Positions 24,836-32,000 of a DNA stretch of 32,000 nucleotides are shown one piece after another. The stretch comes from Candidatus Saccharimonadota bacterium. Its GTDB lineage: Bacteria > Patescibacteriota > Saccharimonadia > Saccharimonadales > Saccharimonadaceae. Position 1 is the first letter of the stretch. Every line of letters starts with the position of its first letter. A model generated the notes under the pieces. It saw only the letters and a list, made by a program, of their open reading frames with translations, searched no databases and was not told the origin of the DNA. The position numbers and the translations under genes are program-made. Location: NCBI RefSeq assembly GCF_025273655.1, contig NZ_CP045921.1:300001-332000 (forward strand), given 5' to 3'.

Positions 24836-25828
24836 ATGGAAGATCAGCAAGCGCCGGATATGCCGGAGACGACAGATATTTTTTTGTGGGCAAATAATAC
24901 AGATGGAATCAAAAACGACCTTGATGTCGAACTATTCCTTTTCAACAAAAACTATACCCCGTATAGCACGAATTTTGCCACAGAACTGAACGCACAGATC
25001 AAGCCAATGTTTCTCTATGACATCCTCGGCTTCGTCACGATGGGTGCGGGCACTGGACTAAGTGTGCGCGATTTCGAGCTCAGCGACGGTGAAGAGAACA
25101 CCCTACTTCGCACTGATCTCGAGAAGGTAGGGCGAGCCGAAACCTTGCTTCATCTCATCGAGCATGAGCGCCATGACATTGTAGAATTTAGCGAGCAAGA
25201 GCACGAGTTTAAACGTATCAAAGGCATCGTCGCGAAGTTTACGGATCCAAACGACAAGGACAAGAAGTTCTACGTGATCAAAATGATCCAGCAAGGCAAT
25301 GTACTCAAAGGCGCCACTAGCTGGGAATTCCGCGACGGCAAGTTTGGTGCGTTTGCAGCCGAAGTTGGCTTCAAGTTACCGAGTGACAACCAGGTACTTG
25401 TCATCGACAAAGACATCTTTGTGTTCAATCAGACTAAGTTTGAGCGCCTTTTCAATTACGATTATAAAAAACAGGCTATCGCCGATGCCCGCGTAGCCGA
25501 GATCGAGCAGCAATACAAGCTGAGTTTTCCGGAAGGATTAACGCTGCAAGACATGGTGCGAGAGCGCAAAAAGATTGTAACCAAACTGCAGAAGCTCGAA
25601 GTGGGTGGCGTTACACAGGAGCAGGCGGTGGAGTACGCCGACGAGATGCAGCTGGATATTATGACGGACGACGCAGGTGCAATTATCATCATGGACGGCC
25701 ACGACCTCGATACGTTCGTGAGTCTCATCAATGAAGATTATATGACGAGCCAAATCACTGGCAAGCGCTACGAGATTAAGAGCAAGAAGCTGCTCGACGA
25801 GCCAGATGGCGAACCGCCTCGTGGCTAA
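24836..25828 (+). CDS. DUF4868 / KwaB-like protein (tentative assignment)
   Basis: 330 aa, the typical DUF4868 size. The layout resembles my recollection of DUF4868 (Kiwa KwaB): VELFLFNKNY...IKPMFLYDIL, KKFYVIKMIQQGNVLKG, VLVIDKDIFVFNQTKFERLFNYDY, and C-terminal FVSLINEDYMTSQITGKRYEIKSKKL. No HMM search was run. By eye it is visibly AT-richer than neighbouring genes. Confidence 0.45.
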   Translation: MEDQQAPDMPETTDIFLWANNTDGIKNDLDVELFLFNKNYTPYSTNFATELNAQIKPMFLYDILGFVTMGAGTGLSVRDFELSDGEENTLLRTDLEKVGRAETLLHLIEHERHDIVEFSEQEHEFKRIKGIVAKFTDPNDKDKKFYVIKMIQQGNVLKGATSWEFRDGKFGAFAAEVGFKLPSDNQVLVIDKDIFVFNQTKFERLFNYDYKKQAIADARVAEIEQQYKLSFPEGLTLQDMVRERKKIVTKLQKLEVGGVTQEQAVEYADEMQLDIMTDDAGAIIIMDGHDLDTFVSLINEDYMTSQITGKRYEIKSKKLLDEPDGEPPRG

Positions 25829-26485
25829 CTATGTCGGCCAGCCCCATGATTCTGCCGTGTAAGTGACAGGGTATGAGCGCGAGAGATTGATGAAACAGAT
25901 AGATTTTCTATCGTCATTCCAACTGAGGGTCGTACCGCTGGGGCAGGTTTTGCCGGAAAAATAGCCGTAAATCGCGATACTGCTAGCAGCGGCCGTACCA
26001 CTATAGCGCGCCCATACGCCACCCGAATATGTGTTAGCAAGATAGGTACTGTTGTCGCCCGGAAGCTTGACGCTCAGTACACTGTCAATGGCTTTGGTAA
26101 GTGGAGGATAACTGGCATGAACGGTTGTTGATTCTACAAAATCTCGGCAAAAATAGGATGTCTCGGTGACTGACTGAGCGGTAATGCTGGTCGGTCTACT
26201 TGTACCCCAGCGACTGTTGACCTCGGCGCCTGTGAGTCCGCCAAAATGCAGGCAATAGCTGCCGGATTGGGGGACGGCTGGATACTGTTTCTCTTGTGAA
26301 GCATAGAGGGCGAACGCATCGCGATAAGAAGTCATGGCATGTACAACTTGTGAATTGAACGCACGATCATCGACACCGCGCCAGGCTACAATGCCGATAG
26401 TCACGAGCAATGCTATCATCATGACGACTACAAGTATCTCCACAAGAGTGAAGCCGGCTAGTTTTTGGCGAGTTCGATGTAACAT
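25829..26485 (-). CDS. type IV pilin-like protein (prepilin with class III signal)
   Basis: MLHRTRQKLAG/FTLVEILVVVMMIALLVTIGIV is a prepilin peptidase site with Glu at +5. The C-terminal Cys pair in CPSGTT...SICFINL is paralogous to the upstream pilin. The ORF extends to 26593, but those codons overlap the upstream pilin gene. Confidence 0.8.
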   Translation of the reverse strand: MLHRTRQKLAGFTLVEILVVVMMIALLVTIGIVAWRGVDDRAFNSQVVHAMTSYRDAFALYASQEKQYPAVPQSGSYCLHFGGLTGAEVNSRWGTSRPTSITAQSVTETSYFCRDFVESTTVHASYPPLTKAIDSVLSVKLPGDNSTYLANTYSGGVWARYSGTAAASSIAIYGYFSGKTCPSGTTLSWNDDRKSICFINLSRSYPVTYTAESWGWPT

Positions 26486-26982
26486 ACAGTCGCTCCTGAG
26501 TAAGTAGTATCTATAGTAGTACCGGCAGGGCAGCTTTCCCCTTCGTAAGCCTGATAAATCCGAATGCGAGTAGACGTGGTGTAATCTGCCCAAGGACCAA
26601 CATAGTTGCCGCGTGCGAGTGAGTGTTTGTAGTCGGGAAGAGTACCTACTTTTGTGAGCTCCGTCATGACCGTATTTGGCGCGGCATCATTGGTGCTGGT
26701 GGCTATAGAGCCGCCTGCGCAGGTGTTGGATGGAAACGCGGTGCCAAGACAATAGCGCGCGTTGAGGGCGACGCCGGTACTGGAGGCATTTGGATAGACA
26801 TTGTAGCGATTGCGATACGTGTCGTAGCGTTTCACCCAATCTTGCTGTTCAATGTTGCGAGTACGATCACGTCCGCTGACAAGGGAGCCAGCCCAGCTGA
26901 CTGTACCGATAGTCACCAAGATACCCAACACAATACAGACGATGATAATTTCGACAATCGTGAACCCACCGGATTTATGCAT
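26458..26982 (-). CDS. type IV pilin-like protein (prepilin with class III signal)
   Basis: MHKSGG/FTIVEIIIVCIVLGILVTIGTV is an N-terminal methylation motif. C-terminal CPAGTT...VCYIEL Cys pair. Confidence 0.85.
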   Translation of the reverse strand: MHKSGGFTIVEIIIVCIVLGILVTIGTVSWAGSLVSGRDRTRNIEQQDWVKRYDTYRNRYNVYPNASSTGVALNARYCLGTAFPSNTCAGGSIATSTNDAAPNTVMTELTKVGTLPDYKHSLARGNYVGPWADYTTSTRIRIYQAYEGESCPAGTTIDTTYSGATVCYIELAKN

Positions 26983-27078
26983 GACTTAATCATAAGTGAT
27001 TTGGTGACATGACACAATAGTAGTGCGGTCATGCGAACAAGTTCACGCGACTCTCGTATCGTAGTACAATAGGAGATA

Positions 27079-28605
27079 ATGAAACAAGATATCGCACTCG
27101 AGGTATTGCTGGAGGGGCATAGTGCATTGTTGACTGGTCCGGCTGGTACTGGCAAGACATATTTGCTCAACCAGTTTATTCGCCACGCCAAGGCAGAAGG
27201 CAAGCATGTGTCTATCACGGCGACCACGGGTCTTGCGGCTACACACTTGGGTGGCAACACAATCCACGCCTGGAGCGGTATTGGTGTAGCCGACGAACTG
27301 CGCCCTGGATTTGCAGATCATATGTCAAAGACACGTCGCGAGACGATCGAAAAGACCGACGTGCTCATCATCGACGAGATTAGCATGCTGCACGACTATC
27401 GACTCGATATGGTAGACGAAGTCTGTCGCTTAGTGCGTCGACGCGATGAGCCGTTTGGCGGTATTCAGGTAATTATGAGTGGGGATTTCTTTCAGCTGCC
27501 GCCGGTCAATCGTAGCGACGGTCGCGCGGGTGGTTTTGTGGTCAATAGCCAGGTGTGGGCAGAGCTGGATCCAGTGGTGATATATCTCGTGGAACAGCAT
27601 CGTCAAGACGACGAAGAACTGCTCGATATTCTCACGGCACTCCGCGCGGGTGATATTCGTCGCCACCACGCTGAAAAGCTTTTAGCACGTGCCGAGATAG
27701 AGCCAGACGACCCAGAGACTATTACCGAGCTTCACACGGTCAATATCGACGTCGACACAATCAATCATGCCAAGCTTGCTGCACTCGACACCGAGGAGCG
27801 CACGTTTCAGCAGTTTACGACAGGCTCGGCAAACTATGTAGAGTCGCTCCAGCGTTCGGTGCTCGCACCTGCTGAGCTCGTGCTACGACGTGGGGCATTG
27901 GTAATGGCGGTTAAGAATTCTCCGCAGCGCACCTACGCAAACGGTAGTATTGGAACCGTAGTTGATTTTGAACCTGGCACGGATTATCCGGTAGTAGAAT
28001 TTCGCAGTGGTCGTACAGTGACTATGGTGCCGGATAGCTGGGAGATGCGCGATGGCGACAAGAAGCGCGCCAGTATTTCGCAGATTCCACTGCGTCTCGC
28101 GTGGGCGATTACAGTTCACAAAAGCCAAGGTATGACACTCGACGCAGCGCGTATTGACCTGCGTAAAGCGTTTGTGCCGGGGATGGGATACGTGGCGCTC
28201 AGTCGTGTGCGCAACATAGACAGTCTCTATCTCTATGGTATCAACCGGACGGCGCTGGCGATTAGTGAGGACGCGCTGGCGATCGACGACGTGCTGCGCA
28301 GTAAGACCAAGCAAGACTCCACTCGTTTTGCGCATCTCTCTGAAAAAGCTGCCAAACGAGCCGAAAAAGGTGACGTGGAGCCGAAGAAAAAGTCTGGTTC
28401 TAGTGGCTGGGCGGACAAAATCGCCAAAATGCGCGAAACATACCCGAACGCCTACAAGCCTTGGACGAACCAGGATGACGCTACACTGAAAGAAGGGTTT
28501 CAAAATGGCAACGACATCGCAGCCTTGTCCGAGCTACTTGGCCGCCACGAAGGCAGTATCAAAATGCGCCTGCAGAAGCATTTCGGCGAAGATGTCGTAA
28601 GCTAG
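27079..28605 (+). CDS. Pif1/RecD-family SF1B DNA helicase with a C-terminal helix-turn-helix-like tail
   Basis: Walker A GPAGTGKTY, Walker B LIIDEISML, GGIQVIMSGDFFQLPPV, AITVHKSQGMTLD and GYVALSRVR. C-terminal KPWTNQDDATLKEGFQNGNDIAALSELLGRHEGSIKMRLQKH resembles a Myb/sigma-region-4-type HTH. Confidence 0.85.
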   Translation: MKQDIALEVLLEGHSALLTGPAGTGKTYLLNQFIRHAKAEGKHVSITATTGLAATHLGGNTIHAWSGIGVADELRPGFADHMSKTRRETIEKTDVLIIDEISMLHDYRLDMVDEVCRLVRRRDEPFGGIQVIMSGDFFQLPPVNRSDGRAGGFVVNSQVWAELDPVVIYLVEQHRQDDEELLDILTALRAGDIRRHHAEKLLARAEIEPDDPETITELHTVNIDVDTINHAKLAALDTEERTFQQFTTGSANYVESLQRSVLAPAELVLRRGALVMAVKNSPQRTYANGSIGTVVDFEPGTDYPVVEFRSGRTVTMVPDSWEMRDGDKKRASISQIPLRLAWAITVHKSQGMTLDAARIDLRKAFVPGMGYVALSRVRNIDSLYLYGINRTALAISEDALAIDDVLRSKTKQDSTRFAHLSEKAAKRAEKGDVEPKKKSGSSGWADKIAKMRETYPNAYKPWTNQDDATLKEGFQNGNDIAALSELLGRHEGSIKMRLQKHFGEDVVS

Positions 28606-28609
28606 GTCG

Positions 28610-29455
28610 TCATTTGAGATCGATTACCTTGATAGCGCCGTCTGTGATAAAAGTGCCGAACTGCTGGCCACGGAATTTGTACTGTTCTCCAGGATCGCTT
28701 GAGTCGATAGAGTGCACGAGTTTGGCACGCTTCAGCGACTCGATGGTGTAGTCTCGTTCTACATCGGCGTTGTGGTCGATCGCGTGGGTGATGGTACCGG
28801 TGCGCCAGCGTATGCCGATTGGGCGGACGTCTTCGGTGCAGGCTGCTACCCAGACTTCACGTTCGCCGGAGAGCCATTTAAACAGCTTATTACTCCAGAA
28901 ATCGAAATGATTGTGATCATGTTTGTCGGCCACGGGTGCCTCAAGTCGCCAGAGGCGCAGATGGTGGCGTGTGCGGGCGCTGAGTCTGGTATTGGTGGGC
29001 AGTTCAAATGCGATATCATGTTTGCGGTTGAAAAGATAGAGCGAGCTGACTGGGGCATTTGGGTACGACATATTAAGCGCGATTGAGGCACCTTCTCGCA
29101 GGGTATTCATGAGCGTTGCCTCATCGGCTTTGTACCAACCAGCACGTGCAAACGCTTTTTCTAGGTGTGCGCGATCGCGTGCGATGATAGCGAGATTAAC
29201 TGGGTCGGATGCCCAGCCGTCCCCAGTAGTGACATAGAGAGGTATATGATCGTGTTTGACAATAACATGATACAAGCGAAAGAGTAGCGGAATAATGAAA
29301 TAGGCCATGGCGCAATATGCTAGCAAGATGGCAAAGAAGAGGGGTATGCGCGTGTCTGCGTATGGCACGGCTTTAAATACAATCAGCCAGATCGCCACAC
29401 CGCCGATTCCCAGCACCAATACACGCCAGAGCGTATGCAGCAGGAGAGTTACCAT
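28610..29455 (-). CDS. LssY_C-domain membrane protein
   Basis: Three N-terminal TM helices. ASDPVNLAII...LEKAFARAGWYKAD...PVSSLYLFNRKHDIAFE...RHHLRLWRL matches the LssY C-terminal family pattern. I prefer ATG 29455 because TATGAT sits 6 nt upstream. The TTG 29509 extension is unlikely. Confidence 0.7.
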   Translation of the reverse strand: MVTLLLHTLWRVLVLGIGGVAIWLIVFKAVPYADTRIPLFFAILLAYCAMAYFIIPLLFRLYHVIVKHDHIPLYVTTGDGWASDPVNLAIIARDRAHLEKAFARAGWYKADEATLMNTLREGASIALNMSYPNAPVSSLYLFNRKHDIAFELPTNTRLSARTRHHLRLWRLEAPVADKHDHNHFDFWSNKLFKWLSGEREVWVAACTEDVRPIGIRWRTGTITHAIDHNADVERDYTIESLKRAKLVHSIDSSDPGEQYKFRGQQFGTFITDGAIKVIDLK

Positions 29456-29502
29456 ATAGCTATCATACACTAGGGCGCGGTACGGGTGATATAATAGGTG
29501 AT

Positions 29503-30765
29503 ATGTCAAAAACTCCCAAGACGTTTTCTCCTCACTTTTTTTGGGGCGCTGCTACCTCGGCGCACCAGGTAGAGGGCGGCAATCACAATACCTGGAGTGT
29601 CTGGGAGCTCGAAAACGCCAAAGCGCTGGCTGCGCGCGCACTGTATCAGTACGGCGATCTCAAATCATGGCATCATACAGAGAAGCTAGCAACGAACCCC
29701 GCAAACTATGTGTCTGGTCGTGCAGTCGAACATTACAAGCGCTATGAGCAGGACTTCGATTTGCTCGAGCAGCTGCATATGAATGCGTTTCGCTTCAGTG
29801 TAGAATGGTCGCGTATCGAGCCAACCGAGGGTGCGTGGAATGTCGAAGCCATTGCGCATTATAAGCAGTATATCGACGACTTGCATGCGCGTGGTATTGA
29901 GCCAGTTATGACACTGTTTCATTTCACGCTACCAGTATGGTTTGCCGATATGGGTGGTTTCGCTAAGCGCGGTAATATCAAATATTTCCTGCGCTATGTA
30001 GAGAAGGTAATGCAGGAGCTTAGTATCAATGTCCGCTATATCATCACGATCAACGAGCCAAATGTGTATGTTGAGCGTAGCTACCATGCTGGCGAATGGC
30101 CGCCAAACGTGCGCAGTAAATGGCAAACGCTGGTAGTGATGAATAACTTAGCACGAGCACACAATCAAGCTGCTCGCGTGATCCACGAGCTCAAGCCGCG
30201 CGCCAAGGTCTCGGTGGCGTATCACTCGGCATACATTTATGCAGGTGATGATGCGTGGCTGAGTCATATGAGCGCGTCTATTATGCAGTTTGTCCATGAT
30301 GACTACTTCCTGCTTAAGGTGTATAAGCAGTGCGATTTTCTAGGAGTCAACTATTACCGGAGTTACCGCGTCTATGGGTATCGCATCCATAACCCCGAGT
30401 TTAGTCATACCGATCTTGGTTGGGACAATAGCCCTGACAATATCGAACACGCGCTAGTGCGTCTCCACGACAAATACAAGCTGCCGATTTTCATCACCGA
30501 AAACGGCATTGCCGACGCGCGAGACGAACAGCGCCAGGAGTGGCTCGAAGCAACGATACGTGCTATGCTGGCCGCAATCACCGATGGTGTCGATTTGCTT
30601 GGATACTTGCACTGGAGCCTGCTTGACAACGTAGAGCTCGACAGTGGTCGCTGGCCACGTTTTGGGTTGGCGCAGGTCAACTATCTGACAATGGAGCGTA
30701 AACTGCGCCCGAGTGCCGTCTGGTTCGGCAAAGTGATCAAAAAACTACGAAAGGTGGACCAGTGA
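29503..30765 (+). CDS. glycoside hydrolase family 1 beta-glucosidase
   Basis: FFWGAATSAHQVEGG, NAFRFSVEWSRIEP, acid/base TINEPNVY and nucleophile ITENGIAD. Confidence 0.9.
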   Translation: MSKTPKTFSPHFFWGAATSAHQVEGGNHNTWSVWELENAKALAARALYQYGDLKSWHHTEKLATNPANYVSGRAVEHYKRYEQDFDLLEQLHMNAFRFSVEWSRIEPTEGAWNVEAIAHYKQYIDDLHARGIEPVMTLFHFTLPVWFADMGGFAKRGNIKYFLRYVEKVMQELSINVRYIITINEPNVYVERSYHAGEWPPNVRSKWQTLVVMNNLARAHNQAARVIHELKPRAKVSVAYHSAYIYAGDDAWLSHMSASIMQFVHDDYFLLKVYKQCDFLGVNYYRSYRVYGYRIHNPEFSHTDLGWDNSPDNIEHALVRLHDKYKLPIFITENGIADARDEQRQEWLEATIRAMLAAITDGVDLLGYLHWSLLDNVELDSGRWPRFGLAQVNYLTMERKLRPSAVWFGKVIKKLRKVDQ

Positions 30766-31790
30766 AAGAACCGTTTGCGCGCACCGAGATCAAAATAGCT
30801 GTTATCGGTGGGGGTACGGGTAGCTTTACGTTACTTTCTGCGCTCAAAGACCATACCTCGCAGCTGGCTGCGTTAGTAAATATGGCAGATGACGGTGGCA
30901 GTACTGGAGTACTACGCGACGAGCTTGGTGCATTGCCACCTGGCGACATCCGTCAATGCTTAGTGGCACTCAGTGATTCTGAACGGGTGCGAGATCTGTT
31001 CAATTATCGGTTCGAAGAGGGAAGCCTCAAGGGCCATGCATTTGGCAACCTTTTCCTCACGGCGCTCGAAAAGATGACAGGAGATTTCGGCAGCGGCGTC
31101 GAAGTGGCAAGCGAGGTGCTCAATATCAAAGGTGTCGTAGAGCCAATTACGCTCACGAGTGTCAAACTGGCGATGCGTGACAGTCAGGGTCGAGAGACGC
31201 GTGGAGAGTTCCAGATTAGTGATATGGAATTTGGCGACGAGCGACCGGAGCTGTGGCTCGAGCCTGAACCAACGCCAAATCCGCGCGCTATTCGCGCTAT
31301 TGAGACAGCAGATATCGTCGTCATCGCACCTGGCCAACTATACAGTAGTATTGCACCAGCGCTTATTGTACCTGGAGTTGGCGAGGCGCTTGGTCGCACC
31401 AAAGCGTTCTGTCTGTACGTCTGCAATCTCGTCACTAAGCCCGGCCAGACCGACAGCTACCAGGTCAATGATTTTGCCGACGAAATCGAGCGATTTGCCG
31501 GTCAGAAGTTTCTCGACGCGGTGCTGTTTAATACCGAGCGACCGAGTGATGAACTGCTCGAAAAATACGCCAAATTTGGAGAAAAAAGCGTCGGTTACGA
31601 TGAAGTAAGTTTGCATGATAAGCCATATATTGCGGCGGGTGCCAAGCTTCTTTCGGGTTCTATCTGGAAAAACACCAACACGGCTGATCCCATAGCTGCG
31701 GCGCGCACGCTGATTCGTCACGACTCAGATGCTGTCGCAAATGCTATAATCAAGCTATATGAATACGCCCGTGACGCCAAGCAGTACTGA
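30762..31790 (+). CDS. YvcK / CofD-family (UPF0052, gluconeogenesis factor-like) protein
   Basis: KIAVIGGGTGSFTLLSALK...LAALVNMADDGGSTGVLRDELGALPPGDIRQCLVALS is the family signature. GTG start in a GTGA overlap with the GH1 stop. Confidence 0.8.
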   Translation: MKEPFARTEIKIAVIGGGTGSFTLLSALKDHTSQLAALVNMADDGGSTGVLRDELGALPPGDIRQCLVALSDSERVRDLFNYRFEEGSLKGHAFGNLFLTALEKMTGDFGSGVEVASEVLNIKGVVEPITLTSVKLAMRDSQGRETRGEFQISDMEFGDERPELWLEPEPTPNPRAIRAIETADIVVIAPGQLYSSIAPALIVPGVGEALGRTKAFCLYVCNLVTKPGQTDSYQVNDFADEIERFAGQKFLDAVLFNTERPSDELLEKYAKFGEKSVGYDEVSLHDKPYIAAGAKLLSGSIWKNTNTADPIAAARTLIRHDSDAVANAIIKLYEYARDAKQY

Positions 31791-32000
31791 CACATTTTAT
31801 ATTGTCGACTTTGACCGTACATTAGTAGACAGTGACAAGTTACTGCAGGTATTTATAGAAATTACCAATCAATATATTTTGCTGCCAATCGAACGTGTCC
31901 AGAAAATCGATGCCGATGTGAAGGCGAAGGGTGACTCGTTTGACACGGCGAGCTATGTGCGTGATCATTTGGCTGACCAGGACTCGCTTGATCTCTGGGA
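31771..32000 (+). CDS. HAD-superfamily-like hydrolase, N-terminal part (continues beyond the window)
   Basis: The frame is open from GTG 31771 to the window end. FYIVDFDRTLVDSD fits HAD motif I (DxDxT). Overlaps the yvcK-like end by 20 nt. It is absent from the ORF track because no stop lies within the window. Confidence 0.5.
   Translation, partial: MTPSSTDTFYIVDFDRTLVDSDKLLQVFIEITNQYILLPIERVQKIDADVKAKGDSFDTASYVRDHLADQDSLDLW

Noticed and set aside
28610-29509. TTG start at 29509 for the LssY_C gene, overlapping the GH1 start
   Set aside because: ATG 29455 begins directly at the first TM helix and has a TATGAT element 6 nt upstream. The 18 extra codons (TYHLLYHPYRALVYDSY) look spurious.
1-32000. 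Search by eye for CRISPR arrays, IS elements or transposases, integrases, tRNA or rRNA genes, and large direct or inverted repeats
   Set aside because: I could recognise no regularly spaced direct repeats, no transposase, integrase or recombinase motifs in any listed ORF, and no rRNA or tRNA signatures. An exhaustive repeat search was not possible without tools.

Overview
Gene-dense window with about 47 protein-coding genes, mostly on the plus strand. It contains no rRNA, tRNA, CRISPR array, transposase or integrase that I can support. Gene content (compact proteins, type IV pilins, many short start/stop overlaps) suggests a small-genome bacterium, possibly Patescibacteria or Saccharibacteria. 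That assignment is inference only. The genetic code looks standard: RF2 is present, and TGA, TAA and TAG all end well-supported genes.

Gene order:
- 1-8.5 kb: murD (3' part), M48 peptidase, prfB, MTH1-like Nudix, DUF3817-like, ftsE, ftsX, coiled-coil CHAP hydrolase, S41 peptidase, receiver-only response regulator.
- 8.6-15 kb: rpmA (minus), acidic bitopic protein, UPF0020-like methyltransferase (minus), UPF0104 membrane protein, xseA, xseB, membrane-anchored methyltransferase, anchored hypothetical.
- 15-19.6 kb: sensorless histidine kinase, receiver-only regulator, recO, an ambiguous 570-bp region, glyQS, and an alpha/beta hydrolase interrupted by an in-frame TAG.
- 19.6-25.8 kb: an accessory-looking stretch of orphan proteins interleaved with rnhA and a SAM-I riboswitch-controlled compact metK, ending in a DUF4868/KwaB-like protein.
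- 25.8-32 kb: two overlapping type IV pilin genes (minus), Pif1-family helicase, LssY_C membrane protein (minus), GH1 beta-glucosidase, YvcK/CofD-like protein, and the start of a HAD-like hydrolase.

Most notable observations:
- A recurrent promoter-abutting-ATG (leaderless) architecture at 11 or more genes.
- A KwaB-like gene with no KwaA-type membrane partner, next to pilins and a Pif1 helicase.
- An otherwise intact hydrolase with an in-frame TAG.
- A pilin leader peptide encoded inside the preceding pilin gene.
- A near-identical promoter block upstream of both ftsE and the CHAP hydrolase gene.

All family assignments come from reading motifs in the translated ORFs. No database search was run.
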